A program made the position numbers and the translations under genes. This document shows, in pieces, positions 7,409 to 16,026 of a stretch of DNA of 44,083 bases. This stretch comes from Candidatus Uhrbacteria bacterium (GTDB taxonomy: Bacteria; Patescibacteriota; Patescibacteriia; UBA9934; GWF2-40-263): positions 1 through 44,083 of the forward strand of contig JAZDHJ010000058.1 of assembly GCA_043805995.1 (NCBI GenBank), in the 5' to 3' direction. The stretch's first letter is position 1; the number at the start of each line of letters is the position of its first letter. The notes beneath the pieces are model-generated. The model was not told the DNA's origin. It made no database searches and worked only from the letters and a program-made list of their open reading frames with translations.

Positions 7409-8287
7409 CTAGCCCGTCAACCCCTCAATCCAATGCTTATCCGTCTCAACCGTCAAATCAAGAAACACCGGTACACACATAACCGTCTGAAGTTCTCGAC
7501 GAGTCGACTGACCGATTTCTTTTATACCTTGGGCCTTGGCACCGATGATCATACGTTTATAGCGTTCCTCGGAAGTCTGAACTCGAGCTTTGATGTAAAC
7601 GACACCGTTTTCGCGACGAGTGACTTCATCAACGACGACATTGACGCTGTACGGAACTTCTTGGCGCAGACGAAGAAAAAGTTTTTCGCGGATTAGTTCG
7701 GCTACCCATTCCTCCGTTGGCATGTTGGTCATTTGGCCGTCTGGGTAATAAGCTTCGCCTGCCGGTAAATTTTCAAAAATTGCCTCGCGCAAAACATCAA
7801 CGTTTTTTCCGGTTTTGGCTGAGAGTTCTATTGTCTTATCGAAACGATCGGCTAAAGCGCGCATGCTTTCGAGGTACGGTGTGTCCATGAGATCGGTTTT
7901 GTTGATAACCAGAATTTTTGGTTGATCAAGTTTTTCAATCAAACTTAAGGCAAATTTTTCCTCAGTCCCAATAGCCCGAGTCGGATCAGTGACGTAGATG
8001 ATAACTTCGATATCTCGCAGGGCATTTTTTACAAATTTGAGGAGAATTTTGGAAAGTGAATCTTTAGTATCTTTAAAAACTCCGGGTGTGTCCACAAAAA
8101 CCACCTGGCCTTCTGGCGTGGTTAGAATGCCCTGAACCGGTTTGCGAGTGGTTTGCGGTTTCGGGGTAGTAATAGCAATTTTGCTACCGACCAGCGCATT
8201 TAAAAGTGTGGATTTACCCACATTGCTACGGCCAACCAGGACGGCAAAACCGGCTTTCTTTTTAGTTTTTGTTGTTTCTTCTTCCAT
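7409..8287 (-). CDS. era: GTPase Era
   Basis: 292 aa. G1 GRSNVGKST, G3 DTPG, G4 NKTD, C-terminal KH-like domain. Confidence 0.95.
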   Translation of the reverse strand: MEEETTKTKKKAGFAVLVGRSNVGKSTLLNALVGSKIAITTPKPQTTRKPVQGILTTPEGQVVFVDTPGVFKDTKDSLSKILLKFVKNALRDIEVIIYVTDPTRAIGTEEKFALSLIEKLDQPKILVINKTDLMDTPYLESMRALADRFDKTIELSAKTGKNVDVLREAIFENLPAGEAYYPDGQMTNMPTEEWVAELIREKLFLRLRQEVPYSVNVVVDEVTRRENGVVYIKARVQTSEERYKRMIIGAKAQGIKEIGQSTRRELQTVMCVPVFLDLTVETDKHWIEGLTG

Positions 8288-8592
8288 AATGGATACAGGA
8301 AACCATATTTTGGCTAATAAAGCAAGAATTTTGCTAAAATATGGTTGATTTATTTTACCTTTTCTTTTAAACTTTGTTTGAAAACCAATCGGAGGTCAGC
8401 TTGAAAAAAAACGAACAAGTCGGTTGCAATAGTGCGAGGTACTTTTTGTACTTCTTCCTTTTGTTCATTTGTGTCTACTTTCTGTGTCTTCTTTTTCTGC
8501 CCATGAAAATTGGGTCTAAGGAATTCTATCCTTTTTCCTTCGTTTCCGGTACTTTTTAGGCGTCTTGACCAAGCTGAGTCTGAGACGTTTTT

Positions 8593-9996
8593 TTATTTTC
8601 TTTTTAATTTCACCACCACCTCCACATGCGGCGTTTGAGGAAAAAGATCAAGAGCTCGAGCTTCGACCAGTTGGTAATTTTCGAAAAATTTAGGTAACTC
8701 TTCGGCCAGGTGATGAAAGTTGCAGGAGATGTAGACGATTGTTTGAGGCAAAACTTTTAAAAGCGTTTCGATAACTTTAGGATGAAGCCCGGCTCGCGGT
8801 GGATCGAGAATAATTGTGTCAAAGCCCTCGGCCACAGATTGATCCTTAAAATAATCTTCAATTTTCGCGGCTAAAAAAAACACTCCACGACTCCACGACT
8901 CCAAGACTCCATCACTATTCAATTTCGCATTCACCTTCGCTGCCTTAATACCAGCTTCATCCGCTTCGATACCAATAACTTTTTTCGCGTCAGCTCGAGC
9001 CAGGGCTAGAGTAAAAAATCCGGCTCCACAGTAGAGGTCGGCGATAGTTTTGTCTTTTATCGGTGAGGCGAATTCTAGAACCGTGTCTTGAAGTTTGGTC
9101 GCCATCTCAGAATTCGTTTGAAAAAAACTGTTCGGTGAGATTCGATATTTTAGACCATTTATTTCTTCGTGGAGATATGGTGTGCCTTTGAGCACCTCGA
9201 TTTCATCGGCCAGCGACAAATCGGTTAATCGTTCGTTGACGCCCCAAAGGATTGAAGTGATGGAGTGGTGGAGTGATGGAGTGGCGAAGTTTTGGTTTGG
9301 TTGGAGGATTTTGGAGAATTTTAAAACGATGTTTTTTTCTTCTTCATTTTTTGGTTTGTTGGTAATCAAGGTGATGAGACGTTCGCCGGTATTTTTTCCT
9401 TCGCGAATAACCAGAGCCCGAAAAAAACCTTCGTGTTTTTTGTTGTCCCAAAAAGGTAGGCCACTCGCCCGAGTCCATTCGCGGACGCGAGATAAAATTT
9501 CGTTCGACTCTTCGGATAAAAGATAGCAAGCTGGCAAGTCGAGTGTTGACCACCAACAACCGGTTTCTTTAAGGCCAAGTTCGCCATGGCGACCAAACAT
9601 AAAATCCATGCGGTTGCGGTAAAAGAATTGTTGGGAGCAGGGAACAACGTCGGTGAGTGGAATTTTGATTTCTTTTTCTGAGAAAGCTTTTTTAATTAGC
9701 TCGAGTTTTATTTTTAATTGTTCCGGATAATCAATGTGCTGCCATTTGCAACCGCCACATTTGCCAAACATCGGGCAACGCGGTTCGACGCGGTGTGGTG
9801 ATGATTTCACTACTTTTTCGAGATCGGCATGAATTCCTTCTTTGTTTCTAAACCGAGTAAAAGCCAAGACTTCCTCGCCAGGAATAGTGTGGTAAACTAA
9901 ATAAGGCTTACCAATGGGCCGAGGAATGATTCCATTGCCATCATTAGCCAATGATTCGACCACGCCGGTTATTTGTTGGTTTAATTTGTTGGCCAT
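8593..9996 (-). CDS. RNA (uracil-5-)-methyltransferase, RlmD/TrmA family
   Basis: 467 aa from ATG 9996. Cys cluster CPMFGKCGGCKWQH, SAM motif DLYCGAGFF, C-terminal DLFPQTPHVE. Contains GG-word repeats at 8881-8915 and 9254-9284. Confidence 0.9.
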   Translation of the reverse strand: MANKLNQQITGVVESLANDGNGIIPRPIGKPYLVYHTIPGEEVLAFTRFRNKEGIHADLEKVVKSSPHRVEPRCPMFGKCGGCKWQHIDYPEQLKIKLELIKKAFSEKEIKIPLTDVVPCSQQFFYRNRMDFMFGRHGELGLKETGCWWSTLDLPACYLLSEESNEILSRVREWTRASGLPFWDNKKHEGFFRALVIREGKNTGERLITLITNKPKNEEEKNIVLKFSKILQPNQNFATPSLHHSITSILWGVNERLTDLSLADEIEVLKGTPYLHEEINGLKYRISPNSFFQTNSEMATKLQDTVLEFASPIKDKTIADLYCGAGFFTLALARADAKKVIGIEADEAGIKAAKVNAKLNSDGVLESWSRGVFFLAAKIEDYFKDQSVAEGFDTIILDPPRAGLHPKVIETLLKVLPQTIVYISCNFHHLAEELPKFFENYQLVEARALDLFPQTPHVEVVVKLKRK

Positions 9997-10231
9997 AAAT
10001 ATTTGGAATGTCAAAGTATTGAATGACAAATGACGGAGGTTTGTTGTTGGACATTGGATTAGTTGGCAGGTCGAAAAGGTTCGAAATTCATCCACCTAAT
10101 CAACTCAATACCTTTCGTCCCTTTACCACCTTTTGGACCCCACTCAATAAACAATCGAGCTTCCATAATTCAATAATTTAGAAATTCAATAATTAAATAA
10201 TTTCAAAAGACATTTCCAACCAATTCTACCT

Positions 10232-10675
10232 ATGATCATCATTGCACACAATATCCGCTCCCTTCACAACGTCGGTTCAATCTTTCGTTCGGCTGACGCT
10301 TTTGGTGTGGAAAAGCTTTATCTGACCGGTTTTACTGGCGCTCCACCAAGAAGCGAGATTGCTAAAACCGCTTTGGGTTCTGAAAATCGAGTGGCTTGGG
10401 AGCAAGTTGAGGATATTCAATCTCTTATTTTAAAACTTCGCTCCGAGGGTTATTCGCTAATCGGCTTGGAAAATGGTGATAATATAAAATCGATTAATGA
10501 AACGGTTTTTGATAAACCAGTGGTTTTAGTTTTGGGCAATGAAGTTGAAGGAATCGAAGCTGAAGTTCGAGAAAAACTCGATTTATTGGTAGAAATTCCC
10601 ATGCCTGGCCAAAAAAGGTCACTAAATGTCTCAGTCGCCGCAGGCATCGCCATGTTTGTCTTGAGTGGGAAATAG
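10232..10675 (+). CDS. SpoU/TrmH-family RNA 2'-O-methyltransferase
   Basis: 147 aa. NVGSIFRSADAFG, LVLGNEVEGI, IPMPG..SLNVSVAAGIAMF. Confidence 0.85.
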   Translation: MIIIAHNIRSLHNVGSIFRSADAFGVEKLYLTGFTGAPPRSEIAKTALGSENRVAWEQVEDIQSLILKLRSEGYSLIGLENGDNIKSINETVFDKPVVLVLGNEVEGIEAEVREKLDLLVEIPMPGQKRSLNVSVAAGIAMFVLSGK

Positions 10676-10958
10676 TGGTAGGATTGGGGTGGTTTAGTGG
10701 ATTGAGAGGGGACGGAAGGGGTTTAAGGGGTTGCAGAGGGTTATTCTGATGTTGATTAAGGGTTATTATCGGAGTTGTGGTGATTATTTAGGCGATTAGC
10801 GGGTTGGTGGTTATTGTTTCTTTTTTAAAATTTGTTATTCAAAAAAATAATCACCTTATCAATCATCCAAAAAATCACCCTCCAATAATCACCAAACCAA
10901 ACCTCAACTAAAAATCCCTTACAACCCCTTCGCCCCCTTAAACCCCTTTAACTCCAAT
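10676..10958. repeat. Long imperfect palindrome (G/T-rich arm, AT core, C/A-rich arm), word-repeat family
   Basis: GGGGacggaaGGGGtttaaGGGGttgcagaGGG at 10708-10740. Mirror CCCttacaaCCCCttcgCCCCCttaaaCCCC just before the next start codon. Confidence 0.8.
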
Positions 10959-11672
10959 ATGTTCTCAATCGTCATCCCTACAAAAAACGAAGAAGATTAT
11001 TTGCCTATTCTTTTGCGTTCAATAAAGGATCAAACAGTTCAACCAGATGAAATTATTGTGGCTGATGGCAAATCAACAGATAAGACAGTGGAAATTGCCA
11101 AACATTTTGGTTGTCGGGTTGTTCCTGGTGGTTTGCCTGGTGTTGGTCGTAATCACGGAGCGGCGGTGGCTAAAGGCGAATATATTTTGTTTTTGGATTC
11201 TGATGTTAAATTAATCGACAAACATTTTTTGGAAAAAGCTGAAAGGGAATTGACCCAGAAAAAATTAGATTTTGCCAGTTGTGATGTTGAAGCAATTTCC
11301 AATAAAAAAATCGACCGAGCTTTTCATGAATTTTATAATCATTTTTGTCGAGCTTTTTTACCCATCCACGCTCATGCCCCAGGTTTCTGTATTTTTGCCA
11401 AAAGGTCAAAACACGCCAAACTTGGCGGTTTTGATGAATCAATAGTTTTTTGTGAGGATCATGATTACGCTCAACGCTGTCGCAAATTCGGTAAATTCGG
11501 CTATCTCGATACAATTAGAATTCATGTTTCTACCAGACGTTTTGATCGCGACGGTCGTTTAAATATTGCTGTTAAATATACTTTGGGCGAACTTCATCTT
11601 ATGACTTTGGGGCCGGTTCGTCACAATCATTTTAAATACGAATTCGGTCATCAAACACCGAAGAAAAAATAA
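10959..11672 (+). CDS. Glycosyltransferase family 2
   Basis: 237 aa. FSIVIPTKNEE N-terminus, FLDSDV motif. Confidence 0.85.
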   Translation: MFSIVIPTKNEEDYLPILLRSIKDQTVQPDEIIVADGKSTDKTVEIAKHFGCRVVPGGLPGVGRNHGAAVAKGEYILFLDSDVKLIDKHFLEKAERELTQKKLDFASCDVEAISNKKIDRAFHEFYNHFCRAFLPIHAHAPGFCIFAKRSKHAKLGGFDESIVFCEDHDYAQRCRKFGKFGYLDTIRIHVSTRRFDRDGRLNIAVKYTLGELHLMTLGPVRHNHFKYEFGHQTPKKK

Positions 11673-11676
11673 TTTT

Positions 11677-12249
11677 GTGAGGAGGAAAAAAATTTTAATT
11701 CCCATTGAAGTCATTCCGCACCACGTTCATTTGTCGCAAAGAATGTGGCAGACTTTGTTTGGCAAAAATATTTCGCCAAAAATTTTGCGACCACTTTCTC
11801 AACGTGGCCAAGCGGTTTATCAACAAACCGTCAAAGTTGTCGGTCCAAAAGGCGAAATGACCGAAGTCAGGGTTTTAGGCGGTGCTCGCAAACAAACTCA
11901 GGTCGAACTTTCCGAAGCCGAAGCTATTGCTATTGGTATAAAACCAGTCTGGCGAGTCTCTGGCAAATTATCGCGTACCGTTGGTTGTAAATTAATCGGT
12001 CCGGCCGGTAAAGCGGTTATTAAAAGCGGTGTTATTGTGCCGGTTCCACATCTTCATTTAAATACCAAAGAAGCTGAATCTCTAGATCTGCGTCAAGGCC
12101 AGGAAATTGAATTGAGTTTTTTTGAGGACAAAGCGGCCAAATTAAAAGTTTTAGTTCGCGTCCATCCTTCTTTTCGAGCCGCCTTGCATATAACCCCAGA
12201 TGTCGCCGCCAAACTTTGGCTTTCAATTAGTGATAAAGCAATTCTATGA
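11677..12249 (+). CDS. pduL: Phosphate acyltransferase PduL family
   Basis: 190 aa, GTG start. Duplicated PduL signature (IPHHVHLS ... VPHLHLN). Confidence 0.75.
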   Translation: MRRKKILIPIEVIPHHVHLSQRMWQTLFGKNISPKILRPLSQRGQAVYQQTVKVVGPKGEMTEVRVLGGARKQTQVELSEAEAIAIGIKPVWRVSGKLSRTVGCKLIGPAGKAVIKSGVIVPVPHLHLNTKEAESLDLRQGQEIELSFFEDKAAKLKVLVRVHPSFRAALHITPDVAAKLWLSISDKAIL

Positions 12250-13499
12250 AATCTTTTTTATTTTTTATTTTATTTTTTCTCGGGCTGTTTCCTTTTGGGG
12301 TTAAGGCCACCAACCCTGATTTAAGTGTTATTCAAGAAGGCATCCAGTTTTCCAAAGATACTTTGATTTCCGGTGATTCTTTGCGAATTTACGCTACTGT
12401 CACCAATGTCGGCGACACCGACGTTTCCGGTTACGTGTCTTTTTATCAAGGCTCTTTGCCGATTGGTGACTCTCAGGTTATTTCTGTAAGAGTGGGCGGT
12501 GTACCTGAAGAAGTCTTTGTTGATTTTGTTGTGCCGTCTGGTGCCTTTAATATTCGGGCTGAAATTCGTGGTACTGACCCTCAAGATGTTAATAGTTCAA
12601 ACAACTTAGCTATAACTCAATTGTTCACTCCGATTCAAGACGATGATCGTGATGGTATTGAAAACGATACCGACAATTGTCCGAGTGTCGAAAACTCCGA
12701 TCAGGTTGATACTGACCTCGATGGTCTTGGTGATGTTTGTGATGACGACGACGATGGCGATGGTGTGACCGACGCTGTTGAAAGAGAAATTGGCACTGAT
12801 CCAAAAAAAACCGATACGGATGCTGATGGTTTGTTAGATAATGTTGATCCACACCCAATCACTCCAGAAAGCCAGATTAAAGTTGAAGTACCAGCCCCAG
12901 CCATTCCACCAAGCGTCGTTTCAAGCAACGAATCAACATCAAGTAATAGCTCAGTTTCAGAAAATGTTGATAACAACGAAAATGGCGAAGCAGCGGTTGG
13001 CTCAGATTTGGTTCCGGAACCAATTTCGGCAAACGATGAGACAGCGAACGAATCGAAATTTTCTCTATCACCGAATGCGGTTTTTACTTATCAAAAAGAA
13101 ACTTGGAACACTTATAATTTTGAGGCACAGTTACCGTCGAGTAATGGTTATCGAGTTTCTTGGGACTTTGGCGATGGTACAACTTCAAATTACGAAAAAA
13201 TTGAACACGTTTATAAACAGACTGGAAATTATACAGTAAATATTTCAGTTGAAGGCTCGGACGGAAAAATTTATGAAGATTCGGTTACGGTTCATGTTTC
13301 CTTTTTTTCATTACAAAATCGAATTGTGCAATTTGTGATTTTTGTTTTGTTGCTGGCTCTTTTTCTTTTGATATTTTTATTTTTTCGGGCTGGTCGTTCA
13401 CAAACACCTAAAATAAATGTTAAAAAAACAGTTGACGAACCTAATAATTCCGGTTCAATAAAAATTTCAGTTCGCGAAGACAATTCTGAATTGGATTAA
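12246..13499 (+). CDS. Cell-surface protein: CARDB-like, thrombospondin type-3 Asp-rich repeats, PKD-like domain, C-terminal TM anchor
   Basis: 417 aa. Signal peptide, DxDxDGxxDxxDxC repeats, WDFGDG..Y.V PKD pattern, hydrophobic C-terminal helix. ATGA overlap with pduL. Confidence 0.8.
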   Translation: MKSFLFFILFFLGLFPFGVKATNPDLSVIQEGIQFSKDTLISGDSLRIYATVTNVGDTDVSGYVSFYQGSLPIGDSQVISVRVGGVPEEVFVDFVVPSGAFNIRAEIRGTDPQDVNSSNNLAITQLFTPIQDDDRDGIENDTDNCPSVENSDQVDTDLDGLGDVCDDDDDGDGVTDAVEREIGTDPKKTDTDADGLLDNVDPHPITPESQIKVEVPAPAIPPSVVSSNESTSSNSSVSENVDNNENGEAAVGSDLVPEPISANDETANESKFSLSPNAVFTYQKETWNTYNFEAQLPSSNGYRVSWDFGDGTTSNYEKIEHVYKQTGNYTVNISVEGSDGKIYEDSVTVHVSFFSLQNRIVQFVIFVLLLALFLLIFLFFRAGRSQTPKINVKKTVDEPNNSGSIKISVREDNSELD

Positions 13500-13502
13500 T
13501 TT

Positions 13503-15113
13503 GTGAGTCTTAATAAATTAAATAGTGAAGCAAAAACCATCGCCGGGGCGGCTGTCCTCCTCGGCGTTCTTTCGTTTGCCAGTCGAGCTGTTGGTTTTGT
13601 CCGCGATCGTATTCTTTCTGGTGAATTTGGGGCAGGCGATGTGCTTGATGCTTATTACGCCGCTTTTAAAATGCCGGATTTTGTTTTTAATCTTTTAGTG
13701 GTCGGTGCTCTGTCTGCTGGTTTCATTCCACTTTTTGTTAAAGCTCTGCAATCTGATAAAGAAAAAAAAGAGGCTTGGTATTTTACAAACAATGTTTTGA
13801 ATATTCTTGGTTTGGTTTCCTTTGTGGCGGCGATTTTGATGGCCATTTTTGCTCGACCCTTAGCTCACATTATCGCCCCAGGTTTTGAAGGCGTTCGAGA
13901 AGAAATGGTTGTCACCTTTACTCGTGTCATGTTGCTGGCTGAATGTTTTCTGAGTCTTTCGGTGGTTTTCGGCAGCGTTTTGCAGGGTCTAAAAAGATTT
14001 CTTTTTTACGCCTTGGCCCCGATTTTCTACAACTTTGGTATTATCGCCGGCGCTTTGTGGTTGGTACCAATTTTTGGACCAGTTGGTTTGGCTTGGGGTG
14101 TGGTTTTGGGTGCCTTTTTTCATTGCTTAATTCAAGTGATTGGCGTTTTTGGTTTGGGTTATCGCTATCATTGGAGTTTTAATTTTCGTGATCGAGCCCT
14201 AATTGAAATGATCAAACTTACCGGTCCGCGAGTTCTTGGTTTGGCTGTCGCTCAAATTAACGTGGTTGTTACTACCATCCTGGCTTCATTTTTAGTAACT
14301 GGCAGCACGACAATTTTTAATTTTGCTTACAACATTTCTTATTTGCCAATCGGCATCATTGGCGTCTCTTACGCCGTGGCGATTTTTCCGTCGTTGGCCG
14401 AACATATCGAACGAAAAGAAAATGAAAAATTCATTGAAACTATTTCTTCTGGTGTCCGCCAAGTTTTATTTTTAATTATTCCGTGCACCATAGTTTTTCT
14501 GCTTCTGCGAGCTCAAATTGTTCGTGTGGTTGTTGGAGCTGGAAAATTTAGCTGGGCTGATACGATTATTACGGCTGATACCTTGGCTCTTATAACTTTC
14601 AGTTTTTTTGCTCAGTGTTTAAATTATCTTCTGACTCGAGCTTTTTTTGCTTTGAGCGACACCAAGACACCTTTGGTTGTTGGTTTGATAAGTGCGATTG
14701 TCAACATCGTCACGGCCTGGTTTTTAATGCCGCAATTTGGTGTCTTGGCTCTCGGTGCGGCCATGAGTTTATCAACACTCGTCAGTTTTATTTTGCTTTG
14801 GGTGCTTTTGCGGATTCGCCTTGGTACTCTGAAGGAAAAAGAAATCCTTCGTTCGCTCTGGCTTTTAACTCTGGCTGGCCTGGCTTCGGCTCTGGCTACC
14901 CAAGCCATGAAACCATTGGTGGTAAAATATATTTCCCTCGAAACTTTTTTTGGCGTTTTATCGCAAGGCTTAATTGCTGGTGGCCTCGGAATTGCTGTTT
15001 ATCTCGCCGTGGCCTTAATGCTAAAATCCCAAGAAGCCCAAACCTTTGTCTCGGCCCTGCGCAGAAAATTATTTAAAGCCTATCAACCGAAGGAAATTGT
15101 GCCGACATCTTAA
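13503..15113 (+). CDS. murJ: Lipid II flippase MurJ
   Basis: 536 aa, GTG start. Multi-TM. N-terminal SRAVGFVRD...FGAG..LDAYYAAF.MPDF pattern. Confidence 0.9.
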   Translation: MSLNKLNSEAKTIAGAAVLLGVLSFASRAVGFVRDRILSGEFGAGDVLDAYYAAFKMPDFVFNLLVVGALSAGFIPLFVKALQSDKEKKEAWYFTNNVLNILGLVSFVAAILMAIFARPLAHIIAPGFEGVREEMVVTFTRVMLLAECFLSLSVVFGSVLQGLKRFLFYALAPIFYNFGIIAGALWLVPIFGPVGLAWGVVLGAFFHCLIQVIGVFGLGYRYHWSFNFRDRALIEMIKLTGPRVLGLAVAQINVVVTTILASFLVTGSTTIFNFAYNISYLPIGIIGVSYAVAIFPSLAEHIERKENEKFIETISSGVRQVLFLIIPCTIVFLLLRAQIVRVVVGAGKFSWADTIITADTLALITFSFFAQCLNYLLTRAFFALSDTKTPLVVGLISAIVNIVTAWFLMPQFGVLALGAAMSLSTLVSFILLWVLLRIRLGTLKEKEILRSLWLLTLAGLASALATQAMKPLVVKYISLETFFGVLSQGLIAGGLGIAVYLAVALMLKSQEAQTFVSALRRKLFKAYQPKEIVPTS

Positions 15114-15136
15114 ATTATGGTAGTCTAAACTTAATT

Positions 15137-15628
15137 ATGTCTCTTAATCGCGTAAAATATCAAAACGCCGTTCTATACCTGTGCAAAAAACTAAAAGGTG
15201 AAATCCACGGCAAGAAAAAATTAGCAAAATTGCTTTATTTTGCTGACTTTGATTTATACGAAAAAAAACAGCAATCAATTACCGGCGATGTTTATCGTGC
15301 GTTGCCAATGGGCCCATTTCCGTCGGCTTTAGAGGAAATTATAACCAACATGATAGAAAAGAAGAGTTTAAAAGTTGAACAAATCGAAGAACATGACGGA
15401 TATGTTGCGACTGAAGTATATAAATCTTTCGTTGAACCGGACCTTTCAGTTTTTGATGATGAAGAAAAAAAAATGTTAGATCGAATTGCTGTCAAGTATG
15501 GTCATCTTAACGGTAAACAACTGGAAGATCTTTCGCACGCCGAGGCACCATTTATCGGGACTAAATTAAAAGAGAAAATTCCATATGAATTAGCTTTTTA
15601 TCGCGATACAGACTTTGATGATTTATGA
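15137..15628 (+). CDS. Panacea/DUF4065 (SocA-like) antitoxin-type protein
   Basis: 163 aa. KKLAKLLYFADFDLY...GDVYRALPMGPFP pattern. Confidence 0.75.
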   Translation: MSLNRVKYQNAVLYLCKKLKGEIHGKKKLAKLLYFADFDLYEKKQQSITGDVYRALPMGPFPSALEEIITNMIEKKSLKVEQIEEHDGYVATEVYKSFVEPDLSVFDDEEKKMLDRIAVKYGHLNGKQLEDLSHAEAPFIGTKLKEKIPYELAFYRDTDFDDL

Positions 15629-15993
15629 TTCAATTTCTGTATCACGATGGAATTCAGAAGGAAATTGCTGTTTTAGAACGGCGATTTCGCACTATTCGTG
15701 ACGGCTTGGTTATTTTTGAAAGATTGTGTGAAAGGCAATTTAATCCAACCGATCCGCGACAAGTTATTGCTCCGGCAAAACTTCATCGTGTTTTACAGAC
15801 TGAAATTTGGGTTTTGTGGAAAGTTGAACTTGTCCTACCTAATTCCGGCTTGCGTCCGAATCAATGGCCGCGAATGTGGTTTGCGATAAGAGGCGAGATC
15901 ATCGCCTTTCTGTGTCTTTCTTTGCATGTTGATAATTATGATGACGAAAAAATGAACTGTCTCGCTCAGTCTCGAGTATCGGATTTGTTTTAA
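15625..15993 (+). CDS. Putative cognate toxin (family uncertain, RelE/Gp49-like look)
   Basis: 122 aa. ATGA overlap with the upstream Panacea-type gene. MWFAIRGEIIAFLCLSLH segment. Confidence 0.5.
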   Translation: MIQFLYHDGIQKEIAVLERRFRTIRDGLVIFERLCERQFNPTDPRQVIAPAKLHRVLQTEIWVLWKVELVLPNSGLRPNQWPRMWFAIRGEIIAFLCLSLHVDNYDDEKMNCLAQSRVSDLF

Positions 15994-16026
15994 ATTATTT
16001 CCGAATAACCAATTATTGATAAAAAT

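Noticed and set aside
8288-8592. 305-bp gap between era and the RlmD-like gene, with a plus-strand hairpin plus T-run (8561-8594) and a 61-aa hydrophobic TTG-start ORF (8374..8559)
   Set aside because: The ORF is a Phe/Leu-rich translation of T-rich DNA with a weak start. A plus-strand small transcript is possible, but I cannot support it from sequence alone.
12625-12976. Antisense ORFs across the Asp-rich repeat region of the surface protein
   Set aside because: They are frame shadows of a repetitive GAT/GAC-rich coding segment. The sense ORF has a clear domain pattern.
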